A stretch of DNA of 64,000 bases from Polyangiaceae bacterium (GTDB lineage: Bacteria; Myxococcota_A; Polyangia; Polyangiales; Polyangiaceae): positions 3,360,001 through 3,424,000 of the forward strand of contig CBDCTZ010000016.1 in NCBI GenBank assembly GCA_965222375.1. Direction: 5' to 3'. Positions 1 through 9,709 of the stretch are shown one piece after another. The number at the start of each line of letters is the position of its first letter. Within the stretch, counting starts at the first letter, position 1. The notes beneath the pieces are model-generated. The model was given only the letters and a program-made list of their open reading frames with translations, ran no database searches and was not told where the DNA came from. The translations under genes were made by a program, and so were the position numbers.

Positions 1-901
1 TGAACCCGATGATGTTGGGCGGCTCGGGGCAATCGCAGCGCACCGCCTCGCAAAACCATCGCGCGTACCACCGAACGTGCTTGGTTCCGTCCGGTGCACG
101 AGCATACTCTTCTGGCATGCCGCGAACCTGTTTTTGCAGCGCGTCGCGTGCGTAGGGCGCCACCTCCAACTGAAAATCCGACGCCAACCAGTGATAGCGG
201 TCCGCAAAGCGCCTGCACTGACCCAAATGGGCTCGGCGCACAACCTCCTGAGTGTAGTCGCTCCGCGCGGGCCCGTGGGCCCGGTCTGCCGGGCAGCCCG
301 AAGGTGGGGTGGTCACCTCGTTCCCGAGGGCGCGTACCAGAGTGATCCGATAGCGTCCGACGTCGCGCAAGGCATCGCAACCGCTGTTGAGGATCAGTTC
401 TTCTTCGAAGCTAGCATCGGGGGCTAGAGTGAGGCGCCTAGTGACGGAGGAGCCATCGCCGTCAAGGGGCGCCGCGGACGTGTCACACAGCGCCTTACCG
501 TGCTCGTCGCATACTACCAGGTTGTACGCAGCGTCCCAGCGCCGCCTGCCGGTTCCCACACTGACTGGATCCAGCTCGAGCTCCATCTTGGTCTTGCTCG
601 AGTTCTTCGCGGAAAACTGAACTCGAATCGGCTCGCCTTGGGTGACGTGCGTTCTCTTAGGCATGAAGCCGCCGGACAGCTCGCCCCGGTGTCTGTGCGA
701 CGCAGTGCCGCTCTTGGCGCAGGGGGTGGCGGGAGCGGGCCGTCCAGCTGATTGAGAGCGGATCTTCATTCGAACGTTGCCGACGATCTTCGCGGCCGAA
801 CTGCTGGCGGATGCCGTTCCGCGAGCCTCGGTCTTGGCCCGATTCGACTTGCAGCCGGCCAAGCAGAGCGTGGCGTAGAGCCAAATGCAGTGCCGGGCCA
901 C
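1..901 (-). CDS. Hypothetical lipoprotein, partial (runs off the window start; not in ORF track)
   Basis: Manual translation from GTG at 901: (M)ARHCIWLYATLCLAGC-KSNRAK...THVTQGEPIRVQFSAKN...YRITLVR..., open to base 1; lipobox LAGC. Confidence 0.7.
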   Translation of the reverse strand, partial: MARHCIWLYATLCLAGCKSNRAKTEARGTASASSSAAKIVGNVRMKIRSQSAGRPAPATPCAKSGTASHRHRGELSGGFMPKRTHVTQGEPIRVQFSAKNSSKTKMELELDPVSVGTGRRRWDAAYNLVVCDEHGKALCDTSAAPLDGDGSSVTRRLTLAPDASFEEELILNSGCDALRDVGRYRITLVRALGNEVTTPPSGCPADRAHGPARSDYTQEVVRRAHLGQCRRFADRYHWLASDFQLEVAPYARDALQKQVRGMPEEYARAPDGTKHVRWYARWFCEAVRCDCPEPPNIIGF

Positions 902-1061
902 GCTTGCCAGTCGCCGGTGTGCGCGGCCCGGCTCGAGATTAGGGGCCCGGATCGGCCCAGTGCTCACCCCTTCGGGTGTTACCCCGTCGGGTACCGCGAA
1001 GCGCGTCACAAGCGCGTCGACCCCAAACAAGACCAAGGAACCATCAGCCGCAGGTTTGCAT

Positions 1062-1754
1062 TCAGCCGTAGGTCTGCTTGAGGTAGTCGACGATGTCCTC
1101 AGACTCGTACATGGCGGTATTCATATTCGGGTCGACCAGGTACGGCACCTGCATCTTGCCACCCAGCGCGATGAGCTGCGGGCGACGGGGACTGTTCTTG
1201 CCGACGTTGAGCACGTGGTAGTCCAGATTCAGTTCGCACAGCGCCTCTCGCACTTTGCGGCAGTAGGGGGAGGCCTCGAAGTTCCACAGGGAGAGGAGCT
1301 TTTCGGGTTGCACGCGGTCTTCGCTGCCGACACGGATGCGGCTACCTCGCGGACGTACCATCGATGCGAAGGCGGACGACAGCGTGTTGAGCGGTGATGC
1401 GAGCCGTGCGGGCAGGGACCGACCGCCAGCGTAGGTTTTCATCAGGTGCGTGATGATGTCCTCGCTCTCGAACATCTCGTCGCCGGTATTGGGATCGACC
1501 AAGAACGGAAACTGCTCCCGTCCCTTACTCCGCACGAAGGGCCGCTTGGTTCGATCGCCCTGTGGGCAGCTGCGCTCGATATATTCCAGATCCAGCTCGG
1601 TCAGCAGGTCCCGGACCTTGCGACAGAACGGGCAGGCTTCGTGGTCGTAGAGCTCGAGAGTCTGCTTGGGCTGACGCGTGTTGCGCGCCGCGAACAACCC
1701 GCGACCAAAGCGCAGCACAGATGCGGCGTGAGACTGAACATCGCTGGCAGACAT
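1062..1754 (-). CDS. Protein with two glutaredoxin/GST N-terminal-like domains
   Basis: Two repeats: LYDHEACPFCRKVR...FPFLVDPNT...MFESEDI and LWNFEASPYCRKVR...VPYLVDPN...MYESEDI. Confidence 0.85.
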   Translation of the reverse strand: MSASDVQSHAASVLRFGRGLFAARNTRQPKQTLELYDHEACPFCRKVRDLLTELDLEYIERSCPQGDRTKRPFVRSKGREQFPFLVDPNTGDEMFESEDIITHLMKTYAGGRSLPARLASPLNTLSSAFASMVRPRGSRIRVGSEDRVQPEKLLSLWNFEASPYCRKVREALCELNLDYHVLNVGKNSPRRPQLIALGGKMQVPYLVDPNMNTAMYESEDIVDYLKQTYG

Positions 1755-1767
1755 GGGCGTCGGGCGT

Positions 1768-2460
1768 TCAGTCGCCGGTTTCGAAGTCCTCGTCGAGGGG
1801 CTGCTCGAACACGCCGCTGGGCAACTCGTGCTGCATGCGTTGCTTCTTGACCGCCAAGTACTCCGCGCTGTGCGGGTTGGCGGCGACGACCATGGGAATG
1901 CGCTTGCGGACTCGCATCCCGAGCCCGCGCAGCGCCCGGACTTTGGCAGGGTTATTGGTCATCAGTTCGATGCTCTGAACGCCCAGATGTCGCAGCATGG
2001 CAACGGCGACGTCGTACTGACGCGCGTCTACGGGCAAATGCAGGAGCTGGTTGGCCTCGATGGTGTCGGCACCTTGAGCCTGCAGGGCGTATGCACGGAT
2101 CTTGTTGGCCAGGCCGATGCCTCGGCCCTCTTGGCGCAGGTAGATGATGACGCCCTTGCCACGCCTCGCGACCTCCGCCATGGCGCTGTCGAGCTGGTCC
2201 TTGCAATCGCACTTCAGGCTGCCGAAAACCTCGCTCGTCAGGCATTCGGAGTGAACGCGCACCGGGACCGCGCGTGCGCCCTGCACCTCTCCCATGACCA
2301 ACGCCAAGTGATCGTTGGACAGACCGTGATCCGCGGGCTGCCGCGATCGATACACGTGTAGTTCGAACGTGCCGTGCTCCGTAGGCACGGGTGCGGAGGC
2401 TGCGTGGTCGACTATCGCGCTCATGGCCGCGCTCGGGTCGATAAGCTGCTGGGTCATCAA
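1768..2460 (-). CDS. ribA: GTP cyclohydrolase II
   Basis: VRVHSECLT, SLKCDC, QEGRGIGL, LMTNNP motifs. Confidence 0.95.
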   Translation of the reverse strand: MMTQQLIDPSAAMSAIVDHAASAPVPTEHGTFELHVYRSRQPADHGLSNDHLALVMGEVQGARAVPVRVHSECLTSEVFGSLKCDCKDQLDSAMAEVARRGKGVIIYLRQEGRGIGLANKIRAYALQAQGADTIEANQLLHLPVDARQYDVAVAMLRHLGVQSIELMTNNPAKVRALRGLGMRVRKRIPMVVAANPHSAEYLAVKKQRMQHELPSGVFEQPLDEDFETGD

Positions 2461-2566
2461 GGTTGAGGCAGGTGGTCTCGTTTCGAGGACTGAAGACGTG
2501 TGCCCCAGCCGAGCGAGAATTTGGGGCCCAGCCGCCTCGGGGTCAAGCCGTATAGCGAAAGGAGCG

Positions 2567-3598
2567 TCAGCGATAGGTGTTTGGCGAGGCGCCGCACATG
2601 CCGAGGATGGCGTGTTCCAAAACCGCCCTCGGCAGGCGTTTTGACCCGCCTTTCAGTGAAAAGTCCACACGGGCCAGGGTCTCCAAAAAGCCCTCGAGTT
2701 CGGGGCGTGAAATCCGTTTGACTTGCTCGGCCAGTTCACGTGCTTTGAAGGGCGGAGCGCCTGCTCGTTTCGCCGCTTCGTCAGGTCGGGCGCCATCTCG
2801 CGTTGCGGCTTCGAAGCGGATCAGCTGGCGTGTGGACCAGGCCAGGACCCCAACCAGGCGCAAGCCTCGGTCCTGAGGATCGTACACGCGATTGAGGGCG
2901 GCCAGGGCTGCGCCAGCATCGCGTCGGCCCACAGCACCGACGAGTTCCCAAACCGTGGTGGGCCGCACCCGAACCACGCACTCGGTTACGTCATCCTCGG
3001 TGACCTGCTTGGTCTCGCCCACGAACAAGCACACCCGCTCCACGGCATCGTTGACGGCGGATAGCTCCGGGCCAGCGAGCTCTGCGAGAAGCTCCGCGAC
3101 ACCCCGGGACATTTCGTGGCCGCGTTCGGCTGCTGCCGCTGCAATCCAGCGGGGTAGCTCGCCCTTGCTCAGGGACTCGCAGCTGACCACGGCGCCGGCC
3201 TTCTGTGCGGTCTTCATCAGGCCACGGCGCTTGTCGAGCTTGTCCGCTACCAGGATTAGGACTGTGGAGGGCATGGGCTCTTTGATGTACCCAGCCAAGC
3301 GCTCGAGGGCGTCGGTGCTCTTGCCCTTGGCGGCTTCCCAGCGATCGGCGCTGCGGATCATGACCAAGCGCCGCTTCGAAAACATCGGTGGCGTGCGAGC
3401 CGCGGCCAGGACCTGGTCCACGCTCGCCTCGCCAGCGACCAGATTTTCTTCGTTCATGCCCGCCACGTCGCCCCCCAGGGCGGCTTGGCGCAGCGCGGTC
3501 AGTACTTGAACCTGAAGATGCCGTTCTGCGCCCACCACCACATAGACCGAGCGCAGCTCACCGCGCTTCGCTTCTTGCACTGCTTGGTCCGGCGTCAC
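2567..3598 (-). CDS. holA: DNA polymerase III subunit delta
   Basis: VYVVVGAE, PMFSKRRLV, KLDKRRGL, C-terminal D..LKGG; start moved to the GTG of VTPDQ to avoid overlap with ribF. Confidence 0.88.
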   Translation of the reverse strand: MTPDQAVQEAKRGELRSVYVVVGAERHLQVQVLTALRQAALGGDVAGMNEENLVAGEASVDQVLAAARTPPMFSKRRLVMIRSADRWEAAKGKSTDALERLAGYIKEPMPSTVLILVADKLDKRRGLMKTAQKAGAVVSCESLSKGELPRWIAAAAAERGHEMSRGVAELLAELAGPELSAVNDAVERVCLFVGETKQVTEDDVTECVVRVRPTTVWELVGAVGRRDAGAALAALNRVYDPQDRGLRLVGVLAWSTRQLIRFEAATRDGARPDEAAKRAGAPPFKARELAEQVKRISRPELEGFLETLARVDFSLKGGSKRLPRAVLEHAILGMCGASPNTYR

Positions 3599-3693
3599 TC
3601 GTCTTTGGTAGCCCGCGCCGAGGAAGGCGACAACTGACCTTTTTGGCCTCGGGCGTTTCGCGTTGCCCTGCGCTGTAGTAAGAGCGCGGCGCC

Positions 3694-4665
3694 GTGAATC
3701 ATCGCGTAGACGGTAGCAAGAGCTTTTCGGCTCCAGCGGCAGGAACGCTGGTTGCGATCGGTAATTTCGACGGTGTGCATCAGGGGCACGTTCGCGTCCT
3801 GACGGAAGCACGTGCGGAGGCAGAGGCGCGCGGCTTGGCGCCCCTCGTGCTCACGTTCGATCCCCACCCCGCGGCGGTTCTGGGCAAGAAGGCCCCAGAC
3901 GTCCTCACGCCCTTGGCGCGAAAGATCGACCTGCTGGTCCGGGCAGCGCAAGGTCTCGAAGTCGTGGTGGAGCCCTTCACGCTGGAGTTGTCTCGCCTCT
4001 CCCCTGACCTGTTCGCCGACCAACTGTTGCATCGAGCTCTCGGCGCCCGGCTCGCCATCGTGGGGCGTAACTTCCGCTTCGGACAGGGGCGGGCTGGAGA
4101 TCTGGATACCCTGGTTCAGCTGGGCAAGCAGTACGGCTTCGAGGCTCGGGCCCTCGACCTTCTGGGCGACGGAGCGGGAGCGTTTTCTTCCAGCCGCGTG
4201 CGGGAGCAGGTGCGCGCTGGGGCCATGGATGCCGCGAGTCAAATCCTGGGGCGACCCCACGCTCTGACCGGGCAGGTCGTGAAGGGCGATGCTCGAGGCC
4301 GCTCGATCGGGTTTCCCACCGCGAACCTCGACGGAGTCCACGAGCTGCTGCCGCCTCACGGGGTGTACGCCTGCTGTGTGGATAGTGTCGGCGAAGCGCC
4401 GCGGGCTTTGGCCCACGGAGTTGCGAACGTCGGTGTGCGGCCCACGGTGAGAGGCGGCTTCTCCGTGGAAGCGCATCTCCTGGACTACGAGGGGGACCTC
4501 TACGGCCAAACCTTGCGGGTTCACCTGCTTGCGCGGCTGCGGGGAGAGCAGAAGTTTGCGGGCCTCGAAGAGTTGAAGGCGCAGATTGCTCGCGACGCCG
4601 CAGCGGCCGCGAAAGTTGCCGCCGAGAGCTGCCCCCTGCCCGCTTCCGGCGGGGCGTTTTTCTGA
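3694..4665 (+). CDS. ribF: Bifunctional riboflavin kinase/FAD synthetase
   Basis: IGNFDGVHQGH, GRNFRFG, GFPTAN, GVRPT, VEAHLLD motifs. Confidence 0.96.
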   Translation: MNHRVDGSKSFSAPAAGTLVAIGNFDGVHQGHVRVLTEARAEAEARGLAPLVLTFDPHPAAVLGKKAPDVLTPLARKIDLLVRAAQGLEVVVEPFTLELSRLSPDLFADQLLHRALGARLAIVGRNFRFGQGRAGDLDTLVQLGKQYGFEARALDLLGDGAGAFSSSRVREQVRAGAMDAASQILGRPHALTGQVVKGDARGRSIGFPTANLDGVHELLPPHGVYACCVDSVGEAPRALAHGVANVGVRPTVRGGFSVEAHLLDYEGDLYGQTLRVHLLARLRGEQKFAGLEELKAQIARDAAAAAKVAAESCPLPASGGAFF

Positions 4666-4698
4666 GGGAACACGCTCAAAAAAAGCTATGTTCACGGA

Positions 4699-5919
4699 GT
4701 GGACCGTCAGGCGCTCGAGAAGCTGTCCCGCACCGAGCTGATCTCGAAGGCATCCGGCATTGGTGTGCCCCGCGCGGAGGTCATGACGCGCATGGAGCTG
4801 GTCGACGAAATCGTTCGACGTAGCATTACGGACGAAAGCCAGCGCCGACGAGCTCGGGGCTGGCTGGGGGTGGCTCGGGACTTGGTGGCAGGCCTGATCG
4901 ACCAGGGCTTGAACATGAGCGACGCGGCGGAACTGGTTCGCGGAAGCGGCACCCGAAACGTGTCGCTGAGGCATCAGCCGCCTGTGGCGACGGTGACTCT
5001 CGCGGAAATCTACGCGTCCCAGGGCCATACCAAGCGTGCCCGCAACATGCTCGACGAAGTGCTCGCCAAGGAGCCCGATCACCAGTTTGCACGCGCTTTG
5101 CGGGAGCGACTTTCCGAAAACAAGCGCGCCAAATCAGATCCGCCGCTGGAGCAGGAGATTGCCGACGAGGTTGCCGCGGACGCCGCAGTCGAGGTGCCCC
5201 TTTCCGTGCCCCCGCCGCCGGATGTGGACGTCGATGCCGCGGTGGAAACGCCCGTCACGCCATCGCAAAGTGAATTCGTGGACGTGGAAGCGGCGACGGT
5301 GGCAGGCCAAGCCGCCGCGGTGAGCGAGCCGGCGGATGCCGAAGCGACCACGGATCCCGCACCCCCCCAAGAAGACGACGCAGAGGCTGCCACAGGCCCC
5401 GCGCCTGCGGCTCCTGCGCAAGTGGAGGAAGTGGACGAAAACGCCGTGACGCCACCGGCACCCGGTGTGGCGTCGGCGAGCGCCGATCCCGAGCCGGTAC
5501 GTCCGAGCGCCGAAGCGGGTTCGCCGGAAGTCACGCCCTTCGTGCCCACGCGAGACGTCCTTTTGGTCCGCCGCAAGAATGCCACGCAGGTTTCACTGTA
5601 TTGGGAGCTGGTCCCCGCACACGCCATGGAAACCGTGGTGCGCTTGGTCGCCTTCGTGCCTGATTGGTCTGGCGCCAAGCGGGTGGAGCACCAACTGCAG
5701 GCTCATAGCGCTGTCGGGCAGGCCACGGTCGAGGTTCCCGAGGGCGCGGAGGTGCGCGCCGTGGTCGGTTCGCACCTAGGTGGCGCGTTCCGGCCCTTGG
5801 CGGTGGGAGTCGAAATCCGTGGCGACGCGAAGCCCGAGGTCGCTTGGGCGCCGTCACCGGTGTTTCGCCAGCGAGTCACCCCCGCTCTGCAGCGAGCATT
5901 TGCCGCCTTGCAGAGCTGA
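4699..5919 (+). CDS. Hypothetical protein: Rho-N-like N-terminus, single TPR-like hairpin, acidic Pro/Ala linker, DUF4912-like C-terminus
   Basis: LEKLSRTELISKASGIGV; TVTLAEIYASQGH...LAKEPD; QVSLYWEL; domain calls made by eye. Confidence 0.65.
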   Translation: MDRQALEKLSRTELISKASGIGVPRAEVMTRMELVDEIVRRSITDESQRRRARGWLGVARDLVAGLIDQGLNMSDAAELVRGSGTRNVSLRHQPPVATVTLAEIYASQGHTKRARNMLDEVLAKEPDHQFARALRERLSENKRAKSDPPLEQEIADEVAADAAVEVPLSVPPPPDVDVDAAVETPVTPSQSEFVDVEAATVAGQAAAVSEPADAEATTDPAPPQEDDAEAATGPAPAAPAQVEEVDENAVTPPAPGVASASADPEPVRPSAEAGSPEVTPFVPTRDVLLVRRKNATQVSLYWELVPAHAMETVVRLVAFVPDWSGAKRVEHQLQAHSAVGQATVEVPEGAEVRAVVGSHLGGAFRPLAVGVEIRGDAKPEVAWAPSPVFRQRVTPALQRAFAALQS

Positions 5920-5967
5920 GAGCCGATTTCACGCAACTGACGCTGCTCCCACGCCGACCGGCGAGAC

Positions 5968-6723
5968 ATGTTCGCTGGTCGATGCCTTTTCCTCTGCGTG
6001 GCGGTCGCAGCTCTTCTGCTGCCGCGCTCCGCTCGCGCTGAACTCACCTTTTCTGCAGAAGCGTCGGTGGTTCGCAGCAGCTACGGCAAGCGAGGTTTCG
6101 CGGCGCTGCTCTCTCTGACGCTGCCCATGCCCGGGGCGGGGTCGAGGTCGGGCGTACTCGCCCAACCGGAGATCGATCGCGCACCCAGAGTCAGGCCGAA
6201 GCCGGCGGTCCGCCTCGATCCCCGTTTCGTGCGGCGGGTCGTCCTGGCTGCGCACCGCGCGGCGCGACGCCCCCGAGCTCTGGCGCGCCTATCCAGCCTT
6301 GCCAGCCGCTCCAGAACATCCGCAGCATTGCCCGAAGTGTCTCTTCGGGCAGAACGCAGCGTCGATGAATCTCTGCGGCTCGCCCCGACCATCAACGATC
6401 CCTACCGCTACACCCAGGCAGGTGGCGTGCGCACGGTGGTGGGCGGCAAGCTGACTTGGCGGCTCAATCGCCTGGTGTTCGCTTCCGATGAGCTCGCGGT
6501 GGAACGCCTCCGCCTCGAGCGAGCGCGCCTGGACGCTCGGCGCGTGAAGCGCGTGATTGCAGAGCTGTTTCGCTGGCAGCGAGCCAGAAACCAAGAGCGG
6601 TCGGCGGATTTGCCTGTGGAGGACCGCGCCGCGGCCGCTCTCACGGCGTTGGAAGCCGAGCTGACCTTGGACGTGTTGACTGGCGGCTGGTTCTCGGCGG
6701 CGGTGGCCAAAGGGCGCCACTGA
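5968..6723 (+). CDS. Secreted hypothetical protein, possibly a single TolC/OEP-like repeat
   Basis: Signal peptide; LPEVSL...KLTWRL followed by long amphipathic helices. Confidence 0.6.
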   Translation: MFAGRCLFLCVAVAALLLPRSARAELTFSAEASVVRSSYGKRGFAALLSLTLPMPGAGSRSGVLAQPEIDRAPRVRPKPAVRLDPRFVRRVVLAAHRAARRPRALARLSSLASRSRTSAALPEVSLRAERSVDESLRLAPTINDPYRYTQAGGVRTVVGGKLTWRLNRLVFASDELAVERLRLERARLDARRVKRVIAELFRWQRARNQERSADLPVEDRAAAALTALEAELTLDVLTGGWFSAAVAKGRH

Positions 6724-6833
6724 CTGTCGTGCGGTTGCACCCGCCGACAAGACTCGTCGGTTTCGCCGCTGGTTTGCTCGTCACCGACTCGGCCGTTGCA
6801 CTTCCAGGAATTCGTGGCTAAATCCCGCCCGTC

Positions 6834-7974
6834 ATGTTGGCCGAAACCAGAAATATGCTCGACGACCTCAACCAGCGTGTGGAAGCGCTAAGGGGGTCTC
6901 TTTGACGTCCCTCAATTGAAGAGGGAAGTCGAAGAGTTGGATCAGGTCTCGAGCGAGCCCGGTTTTTGGGACGACCAAGCCAAAGCTCAAGTCATCCTGC
7001 GTAGGCGTGCGGCCGCCAACGACAAGCTCACTCAAGTGGAGAGCTTGATCAAAGAGGTCACTGACGCGAACGAGTATTTGGAGCTCTGCGCCGAGGAAGA
7101 TGACGAAGGGGCGCTCAGCGACTGCGCTAAGCAGGTGCAGACGCTCGCGGAGCGAGTGCGTGTGGCGGAGCTGGCTCGCATGCTCAGTGGGCCGGCGGAT
7201 CACGCCGACGCCATCGTCAGCGTGCACCCAGGGTCGGGTGGCACCGAAGCCAAGGACTGGGCCGAGATGCTTTTGCGCATGTATCTGCGCTGGGCGGAGC
7301 GTCGCGGCTTCAAGACGGAAGTCATCGACTACCAAGTCGGCGACGAGGCGGGCATCGACGGAGCGTCGATAACCGTCAGTGGCCCCAACGCCTACGGCTA
7401 TCTGCGATCGGAAATGGGAGTGCACCGCCTAGTCCGGATCAGCCCCTTCGACGCCAACGCGCGGCGACAGACCAGCTTTGCCGCCATCGAGGTGTCGCCG
7501 GACATCGAGGACGAGATCGACATCGAGGTGAAGGACTCGGACTTGGAAGTGTCCACCATGCGAGCAGGCGGCAAGGGTGGCCAGAACGTCAACAAAGTGG
7601 AAACCGCGGTGCGCATGAAGCATGTGCCCACGGGCATCAACATCGTGTGCCGAGCAGAGCGTAGCCAGCATCAGAACCGTGCCCTGGCCATCAAGATGCT
7701 CAAGGCAAAGCTGTACGAAATCGAACTTGCCAAGCGGGATGCCGATCGCGCGGCCGCCGAAGCCCAGAAGGGCCAAATCGCTTGGGGCAATCAGATCCGC
7801 AGCTATGTGATGCAGCCCTATCAGCTAGTCAAAGACTTGCGAACGGACTTCGAGGTGGGAGCGGTGGATGCGGTACTTGACGGTGAGATAGATGGCTTTA
7901 TCGAGTCGTACTTGATGATGAGCGCGGACAAGAAAAAGCAGAAGCAGCTGGTGACCGTTCGCGGGGAGGCCTAG
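6834..7974 (+). CDS. prfB: Peptide chain release factor 2, with programmed +1 frameshift after codon 23
   Basis: ATG at 6834 gives [23 protein letters not shown]; the +1 frame continues into an ORF with SPF and GGQ motifs. Confidence 0.97.
6891..6906 (+). promoter_or_regulatory. RF2 frameshift cassette (internal SD AGGGGG, then CTT TGA C)
   Basis: agggggtctctttgac matches the canonical prfB recoding site. Confidence 0.95.
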
Positions 7975-8193
7975 ATGACCGTCAGCATCCACTACTGCTT
8001 ACGCTGAAACTACAAGCCCCGCGCTGCGAGTCTCGCAGCGGAAATCGAAAAGGCGACCGGTCACACCACGCAGTTGGTGGAGGGAAAGGTGGGACAATTC
8101 GACGTCCTGCTGGACGGCGCGATGGTGTTTTCGAAGGCGTCCGAGGGGCGTTTTCCCGAGCATGACGAAGTCATCGCGAAATTGAAGAGCTAA
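7975..8193 (+). CDS. SelT/SelW/SelH (Rdx) family selenoprotein, 72 aa, UGA at 8005-8007 read as Sec
   Basis: MTVSIHYCLRUNYKPRAASLAAEIEKATGHTTQLVEGKVGQFDVLLDGAMVFSKASEGRFPEHDEVIAKLKS*; CxxU motif, G-x-F-D-V, FSK...GRFP; SD GGAGG at 7965-7969. Confidence 0.9.
8022..8040 (+). promoter_or_regulatory. Putative bacterial SECIS hairpin
   Basis: CGCTGCGA-GTC-TCGCAGCG perfect stem beginning 14 nt after the in-frame UGA. Confidence 0.75.
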
Positions 8194-8245
8194 TCGTCAC
8201 GCCAGCTTCATTGGGGTGAGGCCGACTCCGCGCTAGGCTCATGGG

Positions 8246-9529
8246 ATGCGAGGCAGTCTCGTTTTTCTTGTCCTCTTGTGCTCGGCTTCCTGCGCCCGAG
8301 AGAACTCCTCTGACTTGCTCGATGGTTTGGACGGCAGCGCCGCCACGGGTGGTGGCGGCGGTTTCGGAGCCGGTGACGGAGCCCCAGGCGGCGGGGGAGG
8401 AGTGGCTGGAGCCGATGGCGGAGTGTTGATCGACTCGGGACCCTCGGACGCTCCCTTCGACCCGGATGCTGCATGCGCCACCACGACCGAGAAGGCCACG
8501 CCGGAACTACTGCCCGTCGACATCATCTGGGCGGTCGACAACTCCATCAGCATGAGCCCCGCGATCGACGAAGTCACCAAGGGGCTCAACGCCTTCGCGC
8601 AGCTGATTGGCGGCAAGAACCTCGACTACCGAGTGATCATGCTCAGCTACCGGAGCAAGACGAATCCCGTTACCGTCAAAGGCTCGCCACGCTACGCCGT
8701 GTGCATTCCTCCGCCCCTCGCCGGGGATAGCGGCTGTGGCAACGGTCCGCGCTTCTTCCAGTCCAGCATCGATATCCGCAGCACCCAGCCCCTGGAGCAA
8801 ATCCTGGGCACTTTGGGCCAGACCGACGGCTACAAGCAAGGTCAGGAGAAGGGCGGTGAACCCTGGAAGGACAAGCTGCGCCCGACCGCTAGCAAGACCT
8901 TCGTGATCGTCAGCGACGACAATTCGCGGCTTGCGGCCAGCGATTTCGAGAACTTCCCCGGCGGCAAGAATCCGTTCAACTCCTCGACCCTGCCGCCGGG
9001 GATTCTGGATGCCTCTTGGAACGGGTTGTTTACGGGTTACGTTTTCGACGGCCTGTATGGCTGGGGTTCCACCAGCAGCGCGAGTGTCAAATGCCAGTAC
9101 CCGGGGGGTAGCAGTCCGCCGAGTGCCGGGCCGACCTACACCCAGCTCGTCTTGAAGACGGGCGGCGTGCGGGCGCAGATCTGCGACGGCGCCAGCGCCT
9201 GGGGGCCCTTCTTCAATGACGTGGCGCAAGCCGTGACCCACAATTCGAAGCTCTCCTGCGAGCTAGCGCTTCCAACGCCCAGCGTGGGCACCTTGGACCC
9301 CCTCAAGGTCAATGTCGGCATCGTGAGCGCGACGGGCAGCACCACCTTGCCCAAGGTCGCAGGTGCAGGTGCTTGCACCGCGTCCGGGGGCTGGCATTAC
9401 GACAACGATACGGCGCCCACGAAGGTCATTCTCTGCCCCGCATCTTGTGCTGCGGCGGAACAAGCTGGCCTGAAAACGGGTGCTGTGGAAATCGCCGTGC
9501 AGTTTGGATGCACCACGGTGGTTCGCTAG
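8246..9529 (+). CDS. vWA-like domain lipoprotein of myxobacterial type
   Basis: Lipobox SASC, Gly linker, MIDAS-like VDNSISM, IVSDD, C-terminal GGWHYD...ILCPASC...FGC. Confidence 0.8.
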   Translation: MRGSLVFLVLLCSASCARENSSDLLDGLDGSAATGGGGGFGAGDGAPGGGGGVAGADGGVLIDSGPSDAPFDPDAACATTTEKATPELLPVDIIWAVDNSISMSPAIDEVTKGLNAFAQLIGGKNLDYRVIMLSYRSKTNPVTVKGSPRYAVCIPPPLAGDSGCGNGPRFFQSSIDIRSTQPLEQILGTLGQTDGYKQGQEKGGEPWKDKLRPTASKTFVIVSDDNSRLAASDFENFPGGKNPFNSSTLPPGILDASWNGLFTGYVFDGLYGWGSTSSASVKCQYPGGSSPPSAGPTYTQLVLKTGGVRAQICDGASAWGPFFNDVAQAVTHNSKLSCELALPTPSVGTLDPLKVNVGIVSATGSTTLPKVAGAGACTASGGWHYDNDTAPTKVILCPASCAAAEQAGLKTGAVEIAVQFGCTTVVR

Positions 9530-9709
9530 GCGCGGGCGGCGTGGGAGTTTGCTTCGCCGCAACGCAGGCTAATGGAGCGGCGCCGAGCACCGGAAATTCC
9601 GGGGGGGTCATCGGGTGCAGCCACAGAGTTGCGAGCGCAACTCTGAATGGGCGCGCGGCAGCAAACGCCCTTCGCGGCGAGGCCGGGGCGATCCACGCAG
9701 TCGGTCCCG

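Noticed and set aside
2461..2566. FMN riboswitch upstream of ribA (or ribF)
   Set aside because: Intergenic regions are too short and lack recognisable RFN conserved blocks
3595..5082. 495-aa minus-strand ORF and many other long shadow ORFs (e.g. 16116-17666, 19425-20915, 30449-31585)
   Set aside because: They overlap well-supported genes in antisense or alternate frames, which is typical of high-GC DNA, and have no motifs
6903..6905. prfB as a pseudogene
   Set aside because: The stop lies within the canonical programmed frameshift cassette
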